This document shows positions 13,421-28,060 of a stretch of DNA of 64,000 nt, piece by piece. Within the stretch, counting starts at the first letter, position 1; each line of letters opens with the position of its first letter. The position numbers and the translations under genes were made by a program. The notes beneath the pieces are model-generated. The model was not told where the DNA came from. It ran no database searches and saw only the letters and a program-made list of their open reading frames with translations. Source of the DNA: Octopus sinensis (taxonomy: Eukaryota); NCBI RefSeq assembly GCF_006345805.1, contig NC_042998.1, positions 178,436,001 through 178,500,000 on the forward strand, given 5' to 3'.

Positions 13421-14483
13421 AAAGAATATTGGTAATGTTATAAGCTAAACTAACCAATGTAGAATGTGTAATATTTTTTTTTATACTGATAGTAATATCT
13501 TTATAGAAATAATGCTTTCACAAAGATACAACTTTTAAAAAATGAACAAGTCAGAAGTTAAATTCAGAAATGTGAATTATCAGGTTGGATGTTGTTAAAC
13601 AAGAGTTTTCAACTAGGTTTCCATTAGAGCCATAAGCAAAATAAAGCATTTCTATTGATAAAATATCTAGTCTGGATGAATATATTACTATCTTGATTTT
13701 AACTGATTTATGAGATTTTTTTAGATATATCATAATTTTATCCTTCCTGAAAATTTTTCTTCAGAAATATGATAAATATAGCATATGATCTTTGCTCCAG
13801 GGAATGTTAATTGCCTCAAATAAAACTGAGCTTTTCATCCAATGAAAAGTGGATTGTATCCAAGTCACTGAACATTTATTTTTCTAGTTAAAATATTATC
13901 ATCTCTCTCAGTAATTATAGAACTGTTCAATAGTAAAAACAGAAAATTGAATTACTTTTTTTTCCCTCAATACATTTATAATCTGAGAAAACACTTCTGC
14001 GGAATTTAAACAATTTTAGAACATAAGCATGATAGTACATAAAAAAATATATTACAAAGAGCATACATTTTAATTTAATGCCACCTATCTCTCTTGCTTC
14101 ACTTATTAATCTCAGTTCTAGAAAATGTTCCTTGAATGTTGCGTATATGTATGCAATGAGTGCACTAATGAAATTAAACTGTGCCAAGGAAGGAAAACTC
14201 TACATGGGCATACAACCTGCTAGAAATAGCCATCAAATCTCTTCTCATATACAACTGTTTTAAATATGAAAAGTATACACTGGATAATGTAGTCTTAGAT
14301 ACACTGTCCCTGGAAAAAATTCTCATGGAAGAAATGCCTTTTAATGTAGAGGTGCTCATTCAGAGGACTCAGGCAAAACAGAGACATCAACATTTATGCA
14401 GAAAGTTAAGTTGGTTTATTTGAAACAGTTTTATGCATGTATGTGTGTGTGTGTGTATATATATTACACACACACACACACAC

Positions 14484-14525
<42 letters not shown>

Positions 14526-15021
14526 TATTGTAGCATTAAGACATACATTAAATTAACCTAACATTTTCAGGTTGACATTCACTATTAATCCATCCAAACA
14601 ATCTTTTGCTCATGGGCAAATGTGAATAACATGTAATCTTTGCATTCATATAAATCAGTAAATTTTCGGTAAATTTTCTTCTTTCCCTTTAAGCTTAAAT
14701 AATGTTTAAAGTATATATTCCAGTTCTCTATTTTCTGCATCAAATTATTTTAAGATGAGATGTAGTAATTGTAGATAAGTACTGAGGAAGTCTGACATCA
14801 GTAAGAAATTTCAGAAGTAACTTCCTCAGTACATAATAATAGATATAGTGTAAAATATGATATAGTACAGTATAGCAATTCAAAATATGAATATAGGTTG
14901 CCATTAAAAGATAGCAGAAAGTAAACTGAATGGAGACAGATAAAAAATGTAAATCTGAAAAACAAATTTGAGGTGAACAGTAGAGGAGAAAAATGTTGTT
15001 TGTAGAAAAGACAAAAAGAAA

Positions 15022-15203
15022 CATGCGGATCTGTGGAATAAGCTGCCGGACGAGATAGTGAAGATGCCGATGACTGCTCGGTTCAAAGTCTCTCTTGACC
15101 AGAAATGGCTTGAACTCTTTGCATGAACACCCTCCCTGTACATAACTCCATGTCCCCCTACATGGCCTTGCTTTTTGCTATTTGAGCCAAAAAATTAACT
15201 TAA
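15022..15203 (+). mobile_element. 3' end of a CR1-like LINE
   Basis: Translates ADLWNKLPDEIVKMPMTARFKVSLDQKWLELFA*, matching the WNxLP...FKxxLD C-terminal motif of CR1/L2-group ORF2, followed by a short UTR. Confidence 0.7.
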
Positions 15204-15399
15204 GTGTTGTATTTGATTGGATTGCCTATGTTCAACCCACTGCAGGACAAAGGCCTCAGCATGTCTTTTCCACTGATGTAGTGGCTATGGATTTGAGCTT
15301 GAGATTATACTGGTTTGATGAGCCTACTCTGCCACACTGGCTTGACATAGCTTGGTAGGATGATGCAGTGTTTTTCTTCTTTTTTTTAAACTCCTACTC

Positions 15400-15575
15400 A
15401 GGGGTAATTAAGTTGATTATATCGACCGCAGTGCTCACCTGGTACTTATTTTATCGAGTCTGAAAGGATGAAAGGCAAAGTCGACCTTGATGGAATCCAA
15501 ACTCAGAATTGTAAAGATGAACAAAATATTGCTAAGATATTTCACCCGGCATACTAATGATTCTACCAGCTTGCC
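15400..15575 (-). mobile_element. SINE family B
   Basis: ctggtacttattttatcga...gaaaggatgaaaggcaaagtcgacc...aactcagaa. Confidence 0.8.
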
Positions 15576-18459
15576 TAAATATTAAGAAATGCAAAAGAAA
15601 CATATCAGAGTGAAGGTTAAAATATCCCAGTTGCGGCTGTGGCTACAGTATAAACAAGACCCAAATTGGACAAGTTGGAGCAAAACTTTTACAAACCTGT
15701 CAATAGGCAAACATATACATGTACATTAAAAGTATCAGCTCCAAAACCTCACAGTCCCAGATCATCAGTTGTCACTATAAGCCATGGAGTAGGAAACAAA
15801 CTCTGTGGTGTACCTCAGGAAAGATAGCTTAGGTGAGGACATACCTCTCCATGCCATTCAACAACTGGATACATTCAACGTAATACTTCAAGATCATAAA
15901 ACATTCCTCAATTTTACTGTGGTGCTGTTGCTCACAACTATTAGATGGAATTGACAATTACAAAATTAAGTTTCTGACTACAAACTCAATGGCAGGAGAT
16001 GGAACACTCACAATACTGCTTGTTGTCCTGTACTTCATCCAAATAATCAACTAGACTCTCAATTTACATCTGAACAAGCTATTGCATGGTTGATTAAAGG
16101 CTTATTAAGTATTTTCCAAAAATTAAATACTATTCAACAACAACATGTGTACACACACACACACAAATTTGGTATTATTGAAATGGTGATGCTTTGGGTT
16201 ATTTCTAAGCCCATTTTCAGTTATGTGATTTGAATAAATAGATAAACAAAAGGAAGAAAGACATGATAGTTTTGATAGCAAGGTTGTCCCTTTGCATTCT
16301 GTGTCAACACATCATATCACTCTCTACCTCTCTCCCTTTCCTACAAGGCCCAAGCCAGGAGAAGTTTCAGAAGTTGGTCTATATGAAAATCTCCATTTGT
16401 CCCATATCTAAGGAGAGCCAGGAGGCAGAAAGCAATTTAGTTTAATTCAACTACAAATATTGCTAGGAACTTTCTATTTCTCATTAGGCACCACTTTCTG
16501 ACTTTCACGCATACCACAAACTGACCAATGCATGTAATGTAGTTTGCTATTCTTGCTTCACTAACATCACTTCCAGCATTACATACCACATTTGAAAACA
16601 TACATCAGTCCAGACTCCACCTCAGAAACTCACTTGCAATTACCAAAATAGAGCCACTTGCCTACTGAGAGGTTTTTGCTTTTCCAAGACAATAGTATTT
16701 TCATTTTCCAAGACCATAGTATATAAAGCTTCACTCACCACTAGATGGTATCCAGAGGAACTATAAAGGGGTTACCAACAACTTAAAGATGTCTTGCAAA
16801 CAACGTCAAAAGCCCCACATACCGGAAGCCAGTAAGTGTATGGGGTCATCAGGAGAGAATGCGTGCCATTTCGGGGCCTACCTCTCGACAGCATCAATGT
16901 GCACCAGCCCTCCTTACTGATATGAGGCCCTGCTTGTTAGATCAGTTGGTTATAACCACCATCTACATTCCTTTACATTCATGTTTGTTGGTCAGATGCT
17001 TTAGTCTCCAAGCAGTAATAATGGTTGGCATAACAACACTATTATCTTTCTACTAACATTGACTGGTTCAAAGCTGTATTTAAAGGATTGCTATAGGTAC
17101 ACAAGTCCTGTCCCAATGAAAAACACAGAATGTGTGTGATGTAAACTGGTATTTTAGTATGAATTTTCATACTTTCTAATTAAATTTTGCATGCATATTA
17201 AACTAAATTTTATGTGTACATACACACACACACAGATGAGAAGAGAGATGGGAAAAAATTTACAAAAGTCAAATTAAAAACATAATTTGTAGACATACAA
17301 ATTAGAACAATTTCCTCTAACCATGTTATGTTGTCTTCACTCACAAAACAGAGATCTAGAAAATTTTTCAACTAAACCTCAGGAAATTAATTTTAAAACA
17401 TACAAAACCTTACTATTTGCTATGATTTAAGTAAATAAAAAAAAATCTTAGAAGCTAGTTAATTTGGTTTCGTTGCAAATAAACACCTTGTTTACTAGTA
17501 GCTGATTACTTATTATTTGACAAAGAATGTTAACGAGAGTTGTGATTACATGTTTAGCAGAAAGACAAAAAAAAAAAAGAAACCTCATACACATAGAGAA
17601 GTTGGTCACACACAGTTATCTACATTTTACATTCCAAAACAAAATAAAATGAAAGGAAAACAATCATTAATTACCTGTGTGTGTGGTCCAACTAGAGGTT
17701 TCACATGCATGATGTGTATATATATCAAAGGCTGTCTGTCAATAGTCAATGATGACTGCCCATGTTGTAAAGTCACAACTCTCCTCTACTGATGTTTCTT
17801 TAGAGCTACAGGTATCAATGTTCAATTTCCTCATATTACACCCAACCACATCTTTGTAACTCAGTTACTGGTTCACATAAAGGACCACTTTATTGCACTG
17901 TAGTGAATTTTTCACAAGGAGATAGCTAGTATAATCTTTGATAACTTGGATAGCAATCAATCCAGTATACTTTTGAGTTATTAAGAGTATCATATTATAA
18001 TGCTTCCTGAAGATTTAAGTGTTACTGGCTAAATTTATACAAGTGGCAAGCAATCTCTGAATGAGCAGTAGAATACACAAACAGGCAAGAATAGGCGAGG
18101 ACATACTGTTTCTATAACGATGGTAGTGGCTGGACAGTTTGACACATATCTGCTCATTTGACGTGTTGTCATGGAGTACATATTTGGTACTGGATGACTG
18201 TTAGCTCTCTTCAGTTTAACCAGCATCTTGACATGTTCTTTTTGTTCTATAGGATATCTAATAATCCTCCTCCTCACCAAACAAGCTCAGTATGGTTGCT
18301 GATTCAGTTGTCAACAGCCTGACTATATTCAGGTTGTATAGACTTACACATTTATTTGGAGTAGTTCTCTGGTTATCAGATCTTTGGCTTGACACTATCT
18401 GTCTGTCTGTATAGACAGCAGACAGACAGAAAGACAGAGATATATGTCTGTGCGTGTTG

Positions 18460-18764
18460 TTTGTTCCTTCTCGAGCCATGTCAGGCTCATAAGGGCGTTT
18501 TCCCATTTTCCCAGTTTCTTGGCGTATAGGTTCCCCACCTGGATGGGACGCCGGTCCATCGCAGGTGAGCTGCAAGATGCAGGAGGAGAGTGAGAGAAAG
18601 TTGTGGCGAAAGAGTCAGCAGAAGTTTCGCCATTACCTTCTGCTGGAGCCGCGTGGAGCTTAGGTGTTTCGCTCATAAACACACACATCGTCCGGTCTGA
18701 GATTCGAACCCGCGATCCCTCGACCGTGAGTCCGCTGCTCTAACCACTGGGCCATGTGCCTCCC
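18460..18764 (-). mobile_element. tRNA-derived SINE, family D (V-domain-like body)
   Basis: Minus-strand A box TGGCCCAGTGG and B box GGTTCGAATC. Body CCTGCGATGGACCGGCGTCCCATCCAGG resembles the V-SINE domain. Imperfect 12-bp TSD ctgtgygtgttg at 18448-18459 and 18765-18776. Confidence 0.85.
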
Positions 18765-18884
18765 CTGTGTGTGTTGCTGAAGTAGGTTCCTGTCCCACAG
18801 GCAGTTTTTGGCTTTTTCTATCTAATGGGTTTTTAACTCAATATTTATATGCTATTCCCTCTCTCTCTCTTTCGGAGAGGCACA

Positions 18885-19066
18885 AGCACCTACACGCACA
18901 TATACACACACAGCAGTAACTTCCGCCTGTCGAATTCAATCACAAAGCTTCGGTCGGCTCGAGGCTATAGTGGAAGACACCTACCCAAAGTGCCATGCAG
19001 TGGGACTGAACCCGAAACCATATAGCTAGGAAGCAAGCTCCCTAACCACACAGCCATGCCCGCGCC
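18885..19066 (-). mobile_element. SINE family A, 5' portion
   Basis: gaagacacctacccaaagtgccatgcagtgggactgaacccg...taaccacacagccatgcc matches the family A head. Confidence 0.8.
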
Positions 19067-19082
19067 TATTATTTATAGCTTT

Positions 19083-19300
19083 ATAAAGGCAATGAGCTGG
19101 CAGAATCGTTAGCATGCTGGGCAAAATGCTTAGCAGCATTTTTTACAGCCTTACCTTCTGAGTTCAAAGTCTGCCAAAGTTCACTGTGCCTTTCCTCCTT
19201 TGGGGGTTAATAAAATAAATACCAGTTGAACACTGGGGTCAATGTAACCAACTAGGCCCCTCTCCCAAAATCTCAGGCCTTGAGCATATAGTAGAAAAGA
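19083..19300 (+). mobile_element. SINE family B with TSD
   Basis: Family B body flanked by TTATTTATAGCTTT at 19069-19082 and 19301-19314. Confidence 0.85.
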
Positions 19301-19499
19301 TTATTTATAGCTTTGTCTGCTTAGAGTTTCACTGATATAGAAAAGAATTGTGTGTGCGTGCATGCATGCGCATGTGTGCACGCACACACACAGCAATGCA
19401 GTCGCAGGCACAAATTGTTTAAATAAAGGATGACATACATACATTACAATCTGGTGTAGAAACTAAATGAATGAAAATAGAACTGGATATATGTTGCGG

Positions 19500-20275
19500 G
19501 GGTTAAAAGTATTAATAGGACGATTCAGCTTCGCATTACTCAGTTTCAGAGATGCAGATAACTGTCTAGTTCATCAGATATACAGGACTTGAGTGATAAG
19601 AAATAAAAATGACTTCTGAATTCAAGTCACGTGAATAAGGCGATGGAATAGCGAATGCAGATAATTTTATTTCTTTTATATATGGTACAGGAAACAGTCC
19701 AGCTGGTCTACAGTCTGTAGTATTTAACAATACAGCAACATCAGACTGGGACAGTAAGAGTATGTCTACTGTTTCACGTGACAAGGTAAGTAGTCTGATG
19801 GTGTCAGGTAACATTTGAATATATTAGCAACACCACATGGAAACTGGGTAGTGTGTTGTGTACAGCTGTTCTGTATGATGCATACTTAGCTGAGTGTTAG
19901 CATTGATAGATAACTCTGGTGGTATATGGAAGGGTAATAATCTTATCATGAGCACGCAGGGGTTGTTTACCCTGCAGTTGTGAATGGGCCAGCAAGAATT
20001 AAGGTAGTTTTTTTCCAGAATATCAGTAGTGAAAGGGTTGAAGTTCATTATTAGGGCATGTCATGGATAACAACTTTACAACAGATCAGTTTTCCCATTG
20101 ACGGATATTACAGGCTGTTGCAGAATATGCAGTTTCTCAAAGAGGCAGAGTTGGCAATTATGAGCTTCAGGTGAGCAGAGAGAAGCCCTCTCAAGAATGC
20201 CTCACAAGTTGTTGGAGTCCTTCATCCTGAAATCTCCAGATGAAGTATGACAGAGTGGTAGAGTTTCTCAATACC
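19500..20275 (-). mobile_element. Decayed Penelope-like element 3' end (endonuclease C-terminus, UTR, hammerhead-like motif)
   Basis: 20060-20271 minus translates LRNSTTLSYFIWRFQDE / ILERASLCSPEAHNCQLCLFEKLHILQQPVISVNGKTDLL*SC, like the CxLCxxEK..LN..C motif at the end of PLE GIY-YIG proteins. CTGATGA...GAAAC lies downstream at 19577-19543. Confidence 0.7.
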
Positions 20276-23200
20276 TGCAACTGAAGGAATGCTTATGTTA
20301 TGCAAACCTTCCCTTAAAATCATTGGTAGTCTAGTTTCTGACACACACACACACACACGCACACACACACACACGCACACACACACAAGAAGTAACTATT
20401 TTATGAATTTTTCATTTCTGATTGTAACTTTTGCTCCTTATATTTTTTATATCATTCCTCTACAAACATGTGGATTTGTTTCTGTGGTTCAATAAAATCA
20501 TATTTAATTTGAAAATAGGAAGAAGTGCACAGGAGAAGTGGATAAACATCAGTATCCTTTACTTAGAGGATTATGCTTTTTACATACCATAAAGTGTAAT
20601 GTGTTGAACCTTCAAGCAACATAAAAATATCTGCCCTTTTTCTAGCAGTGGGGGCAAGTAAAAAATGATAGAAAAACAGGAGACAATTCTTGTTTCAGAT
20701 TGTAATGAAAATATTGCAAACATATTGTCACAGCAAACATTCTCATTAATTAGGTCATGATTTCACTTATTTTTTAGCCCTAATACACAACCAGTTTATA
20801 GAACACTAGCAAGAGGATGGTTTCAGAAGAGAAATGGAACATATTACCAAATGGAGTAAAATGTAAAAGATACAGAATGACTTGGTAATAGACTGTCGCA
20901 GTAACAGGGTATTTTAGGTTTATAACTCAGATAGTGAATACTCTTACACTGAAGAATACACATGCATACACACAAAAACATGTGCACATGTGTAGTGCAC
21001 TAGAATTTGAAAACTACATTCTGTAATTTATATGGTTTGGTCTATGACAAAAGCAGTACCACCTTATTATTCATTCAATTTTATAACTTACCACTCTCTT
21101 ATTTACATTAAACTAATTACCACAAAAATAAAATAGCAGGAATTTTCTTAAAGTAAATTATGACTTCAAAATTAATATGGTCAGGCGACCAGAATGGAAG
21201 AGTTGTGGTGACTTGTATACAGTTATTATTGTTGTTGCTGGGTAACCCCTATTAGTTCTGATAAAACACATAAATAACACAGAGAACATAGAACAAGTTA
21301 GCATTTTAGCTGTGGCCACTCTAACTTTACTGTGTTAAAATTAAAGCATTCAAATATGTGGTCCCTAATTTAAGTATGACAGGATGGACAGAGATTTGAT
21401 TACTCCATTAAACAAGTTAGGGCCTAGTCCAGCTGCAATCATCATGTCTTTTTTCAGACATAGTGTATACATGATTACATTTAGCCAATGTGTCCTTCCT
21501 TTTTTCAGTGAGAAGGATGTGATTTGAGAGAGATTCGATTGCTATTTCTTGAAGGTTGAGAGACCAGAGTTCCACCATTAGCTCAAATTTTCCCTAGTTG
21601 AGTGTAATGGTGTAGGTATGGCTGTACTGTAATGAAGTTTGCTTTACAAATATGTAGTTCTGGGTTCCATCCCAAACTGCAGTACCTTAGGTAAGTCACT
21701 TCATTCATAACTCCAGTTTGACCAATACTTTGAGAGTAGAATATTAAAGATGGAAACAGTAAAACCCACCGTGTGTGTGTGTGTCTGAGAGAGAGAGAGA
21801 GGGGGAGAGAGAGAGAGAGAGAGAGATTATGAATGAATGCTACTGGCAACATATAATTCAGTACAACCAGGGTTACATATTTGGGTCATCAGTATTACAA
21901 GGTCAGAACGTTAGTATACATGGTTGGGTCATCTGCTAAGAATTGTAAGGATAATAACAAAACCTGTAAAAGGATAGACGAACTCAGCATAAGGTCAACA
22001 ACTATCTTATAATAGCGCATAGTGATACAGAAATACTTATGATGGTGAGACTACTACATGTGATGAGCAGACTTTATGCTCTTTAGCTCTGATGAAGACA
22101 GTTTGTCTAAAAGAGACTCACTCCAAAGAAAAACCTGACAAGTCAAGCTAAAATAACCTTTCATCTGCAACCATTTGTAATATCCAATAATCTTAGTGGT
22201 TGCTTTAGTTTTTTGGTGATTCTGCATTTGACCAAGAAAGCTATGTGGTGCTGTAAACACCACATGTTCCTCTATAGATATTTTAGATTTTATCCATGCA
22301 CAGATGTTGCTTGACAAAATAGTTGGTTCTCTTGTGTTTAACTGTATTAAAATCATGTGACGCCTGTTGGATACTTTATTCAGCTGGGCTAAAAAGTCAT
22401 CTTAACTTTGCAGATCATTAACAAGCAATAGTCATATGCATCATGGGCAAAACAGCATAAGCAAGCTCAAGGTGTTCCCAGGAGCTCTGAGAGAAGATAT
22501 CTCTTCTTCATAAGACAACCATGTCAGCGGAAGCAACCCAACTAGAGATATGGATGGGAAGGCCAAATGTTTGTAGAGCACTGCATCCTGAGCAGTTTTC
22601 AGGGCAATCTTGATGACCTGGGTTTCTTTGAGTTAACTTCTACTGTATATATGTACAAAACACCTCTTAGCTTTTGTTAAAGCATGTTTCTAGGCAAAGA
22701 CACTACTGTGTCCAAAGCTACACCAGAGATATAACTGGGTAGGAAGCCTGGGGTTTAGCAGTCTTGAAAGGCAGCAGCACTAGGAAATGGACAAGTATAA
22801 ACTCGGAGTCAACTCCAACAGTAAATTAGGTCAGAAGAGAACTCTAACCCTGCTGATTCCAAAGAGATAATGGAGACACAATGAAAAGGTCACATCTGAA
22901 ATCCCTCGATCTTCAGGCATGCAGATGGGAATATTCACTCATTCATTCATGTATGTGTATATGTTTCAGCTATTTATATCAGTGATGGGTGTAAACATCA
23001 TTAGGAAAAACAAATATCTGGAGCTTTTAAATAAAAATATCCTGTGCAGTATTTGTTCTCACCTAGTTACCTTCACATTGTGCCAACATAAATGGAGCAA
23101 ACTAGTGACTGACTTATTGGAAGCTCAGAACCAAAAGCATTTTTGTTCATCAATTCCAATATAAATTAATAAAAATAAATAGTAACAGTGGTAGTGGTTA

Positions 23201-23531
23201 CAATGATAAGAGAACTTAGTTAAGACACAACAGCATAGATCTGCAATGTTTCTATTCAAACACAAAGCTAGACGGAAGGGCATGACTCCTATAAGAGGAT
23301 CAGTTAAAACAGTTGTTTTGGAACTGTTTGGAATATCAAAATAATTTGTATCATGATAACTTGAAGTATGAAAACATTGGAATGATTTCAGCACGCTACC
23401 TCACATTAAAATGCATTACACACACATGCACACAAGCTACAGTATCTCAAAGCTGACACACTTAAACATTTAATATATCTACATACAAGAACTGTTTACA
23501 AAAACAGTAAAGTGTAGTTTACACTTCGTTA

Positions 23532-23567
<36 letters not shown>

Positions 23568-26500
23568 TATATATATATGTAATGCTTCAGACAATAACAG
23601 TTAGGTCCACAACCTATGGGCAATTTCCCAGAGCAGAAAGATTAGGAATGAGAGTGAAATTGGTGCAATTAATGTTTCCTCTCTAAACTCTGAAGATTAC
23701 TAAACATGTGCATGTGTTTGTATATAAGAGAAGTGGGGTAAGAGAGGGTGTAGAGTAGCCGAGAGATAACATATAGTGGAAATGGGTTCTAAAAAAGATG
23801 TGGTTTCAGAATGATAATGCATATTGTTGGGAAGAAAGGAGGAGGTTAGGCATATGGCTACAGAAAGATTAGGGAGAAGGAGAACTAAAGAGGAAAAAGG
23901 GAAAAAATGAGGAACAGTGAGTAATGAAGGCAAGAATTCAATAAATGAATGTAGTATGGAAGTTTAAGAAAGAATGAGCTGACGACATGAAAGAATGGGA
24001 ACAACAAGGTCATGGATATTATCTTGGGGTGGGAAAAGGTTGATAATTAAGCAAATGATTTTGATTAAGCAAGATTGAAAATCTTTTCACTAACCTAAGA
24101 AAAGTAAAACACTCTTTATACAAGAAATTTTTAAACAAATTTCTTGTGACTTATAACACTTACTTGAAAATTTTCTTTTATAGATTGAGAATGAATGAAT
24201 CGAAATTTCTGAAAGCCAAATATGTTGATCATTTGAAATATTTTTACTGAAAAGAATATTAACCATTGTGTGCAACAAGGAATTCTTGGCAGACAAATTC
24301 TACAATCCTGATTCCATTTTCCAGATCTGTTTGTTTTGTTTTGTATTTTCTAATATTAGTCAGATATTGATACAACCTAGACGTCCAGCTTGACTATCAT
24401 AAAGTCAATATATATATATATATAACAAATAAATAGAAAAAATAAAACAGTGCAGAGGGGACACTGTAGACTTGGTTTTCCAAGGAAAGTGAACTCTACT
24501 AAAGTGTGCTGTGCAGTGCATGGGAATAAATCAGTAATTGTTGACATAGTAACACTCACACAAAATTGGCTATAATGGAAATTGATGAAACAATTGTAAA
24601 TAATGTAGTAAAAGGAATTTCAGTCTCTATTCTTTGGTCCTTTTTTGCTCATATATATATATATATATATAATAAAAGGTAAAATTAATTAATTAATTAA
24701 TTAATAATTTTACCAAGTAGCTCAGTATGTTAAAAGAACCATTAGCAGTAAACTTATGCAAAAATTCTAATTATAATTATGCTCATAATCAGGGGAATGC
24801 AAGATTTCAGCTATATTGTGGTTCATATGATTCAAAGTAGACTGAAGATAACTATGCTACAAATGTTGACAGTACTTTATTTCATTAATCTTGAATTGTA
24901 GCATCAAAATTCTTTTGCAACAAGTCTAAACATGTTTACACATATAGCATCTTATGATTTACACATTGTTTTGGAGGCTTCTGAAATTTTTTATTGTTAT
25001 AAGTTTTGCAAGTTTAATGTTGCAGCTAGTTTTGCCTAATATGTATAGCATGAATTTTATAGCTCTGACAGTTTTCCCTCTTATCAACTAATCTATGATA
25101 AAGTGTATTCACTGCCATACAAATATCAAAAACAGATTGATAAGGCTCTGGGGAGTTATAATATTTCAGTAAGCAAAATTAAAACCATTTCAAATGCTTT
25201 TCATCATTGTCACCCCACCCCTACCCCACGACTACCATCACCACTATCATTATTATTAATGGAAAATGCTAAAAGGAATTAACAAAAAAACTTTAATATT
25301 GGTTTCAAATTTTGGCACAAGGCCAGTAATTTATGGGGAATGGGTAAGCTAATTACATCAACCCCAGTGTTCTACTGGTACATAATTTATCAATCCTGAA
25401 AGGTAAAGTCAAGCTCAGCAGAATTTGAGAAAAGGTCTATGTTATTGTTTTCATCCCTTCAATATAAATTATAGCATAAAGATATTCCTTAACCCTAGAT
25501 CAGTCCAGACTGAACAATCATTCCTTGTTTACTTACTATTTCTAGCAAGTCAAGCAACCACACAAAGGCTCCTTTGTTGGTTCAAAGAGTTTCAAGCTGG
25601 TAGGCATAGTGACATGTCAAGATAAAATTTCTAACAGTATTTAGTTTTAACTACCTACATTTTGAGTTCAAATCCCAACAATGTCGACTACACTCTCATC
25701 TTTCTGTGACAGTGTCAATAAAATATGTACCAGTAATACACCAGTGTCAATTCAATCAAAAAGTTATTACTTCTTTTAAAGAATTAGTGCTTAAGTGAGA
25801 GATCAATATTAATTCTAAATAAATAACATTTTTTTTTAAACATCAACTTCATTTGAAGTTCATTTTAATATCAACTTCAAATGAAGTTAACTTCATTCTA
25901 AAGTCAGATGACTGAAGCTCCAAATGTAAAGTGTGTCTTGAGTCCCAGGACTCATAGGCTGGCTTGCTCCTGAACAGGACACCATTCTGTCTCAGAGTTA
26001 CTTATTTACAACTGAGTGGGCTGGAGCAATGTAAAATGAAATGGTTTGCCCAAGAACACAAGACATTACCCAGCCCAGGAATGGAAATCACGATCTTGTA
26101 ATCTTGTGTACAAAAGGCTAACCACTAGGCCATATGCCTTCAAAGGTTCTAAAAGAGAGGACAAAAATCCCTTGGGTTATATAAAGTAGCATTGGTTTAA
26201 GGTACCAGTAACTTAAGTAGCTTTTTCAAATGTCAAGTGCTGGGAGTTGGGTTGGAGTATTCAAGAATGTAATTTTGGCTCATTCTTTTTATTTTTTTTC
26301 AATGTTCTTTCTTGCTGTAATGTATTAGTGAAAAAACTGAAAACACAGTACACTATATCTGGTGTGAAAGATGAAATATATATTTACAGAGTGCATTGAG
26401 TTTGCCTTATGTGTCAGTAATATAACGGATGGTGTGGGGTATGGTGGCCAAGTAGCTAACATGTTAGGTTTATGACTTAAATATCATAGGTTAAAATCTT

Positions 26501-26902
26501 ATGATATACACCATGTCATGGAAGTGACTCAGCTACAAAATAGGTATCAGTTCCACACTATAAGAATAATTGGTTTTAGGAGAATATTGCAGCTAAAATA
26601 TCCAAATGTCTAAACTCAATTAACTAGCATGAACATCATGGAATTAACTTCTCTTTTTGATGTTGACATATTTCAGACTGTTCTGCTATTCAGTATCAAC
26701 CTAAAGTATTTTTATAATGTGTCACCTCATAATGAAGGTGTCATGTTCACAGTTTTATACTAACTACATGGTTTGATTTTTTGTTTTCCTTCTTTTTTGA
26801 TTGGGGGTGGGGAGCTATATTCCACAGCATTAAGAAAATTAAGATTCCCTCTGGCTGCTGTCATTAATACAAGGGAAACATCCCCTCATAACAGGCAGGA
26901 TT

Positions 26903-27200
26903 GTTTGTTCCTTCTCGAGCCATGCCTGGCTCATAGGCCCAGTTTCCCAGTTTCCGTGGTGATAGGTTCCCCACCCAGACAGGACGCCAGTCTGTCGTAG
27001 GTGAGCTGCAAGATGCAGGAGGAAAGAATGAGAGAAAGTTGTGGCGAAAGAGTCAGCAGAAGTTTGCCATTACCTTCTGCCAGAGCTGCATGGAGCTTAG
27101 GTATTTCGCTCATAAACCCACACATCGCCCGGTCTGAGATTCAAACCCGTGATCCCTCAACCGAAAGTCTGCTGCTCTAACCACCAGGCCATGTGCCTCC
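26903..27200 (-). mobile_element. SINE family D with TSD
   Basis: Matches 18460-18764. AACAGGCARGATT is duplicated at 26890-26902 and 27201-27213. Confidence 0.88.
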
Positions 27201-27876
27201 AACAGGCAAGATTAGTAATTTGAAATTAAGGAATACAAAGAAGAACATGCATAGGATTCATCTATTGAATGTTTTTATCTACTAAGACGTGTGTAAACGG
27301 TGTGATGAACTTTCAATGCTGTGTCTACAACCCAGTTTCATTTCCTTATTGTAGGAATTTTCACTTATCTTATATCAGTAATAGACTCAAAACTCTTGAT
27401 TAATAAACATTCCACTGAAGTAAAAAGGAGAAATCTTCCTATTGATGGATACTGATAATTATGGTAGAGCAGGAAATACAGGTATTTGATACTAAACTAT
27501 CCTTTTTGTCTTCTAATTTTTGTAATAATTCATAATTCCTGTACACCTAAATTTACAAGTATTAAAAGCCCCTGTCTAGTATATGCATTAGTGTAATTAA
27601 TTACATTAACATATCAATCTAATGTATGTATAAGACAAGATAAATCAGTATCAATAACAATTTAAAGTTTAAAATATTGGCTACTGTGAAACATTTGTTC
27701 TAATAATTCATGCACTAAACTGAGAATTGGGAAAGATGTAAAATATATTAGAATTATGGGGAGAGTATTGGAAAGGAGAGAGGGGGAGGGGAGGGAGGGA
27801 GAGAGAAACAAAGAGGAAAAGGAATAGAGATAGAAAGAAAGGATGGCAATGTGTAAGAGGTGTAATGATGCAGGAC

Positions 27877-28060
27877 TCATCATCATCATCATCGTTTAAC
27901 GTCCGTTCTCCATGCTAGCATGGGTTGGACGGTTCGACCGGGGATCTGGGAAGCCAGAAGGCTGCACCAGGCTCCAGTCTTATCTGGCAATGTTTCTACA
28001 GCTGGATGCCCTTCCTAACGCCAACCACTCTGTGAGTGTAGTGGGTGCTTTTTACGTGCC
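27877..28060 (-). mobile_element. RTE LINE 3' tail fragment
   Basis: (CAT)n followed by the reverse complement of the LINE 3' end at 37380-37563. An older, opposite-orientation copy lies at ~28320-28464. Confidence 0.85.

Noticed and set aside
17675-17760. Possible minus-strand exon ending ...GPHTQ|gtaatt (similar weak candidates near 2635, 37946, 45399 and 52108)
   Set aside because: Each has only one good splice site and no recognisable protein similarity.
19693-19785. Possible plus-strand exon (acag|GAAAC...CAAG|gtaagt)
   Set aside because: Lies inside the Penelope-like relic and opposite to the host exon strand.
22089-22115. CTGATGA-AGAC-agttt-GTCT-AAAA hammerhead-like string
   Set aside because: Lacks G12 and convincing stems I and III; no inverted-end context.
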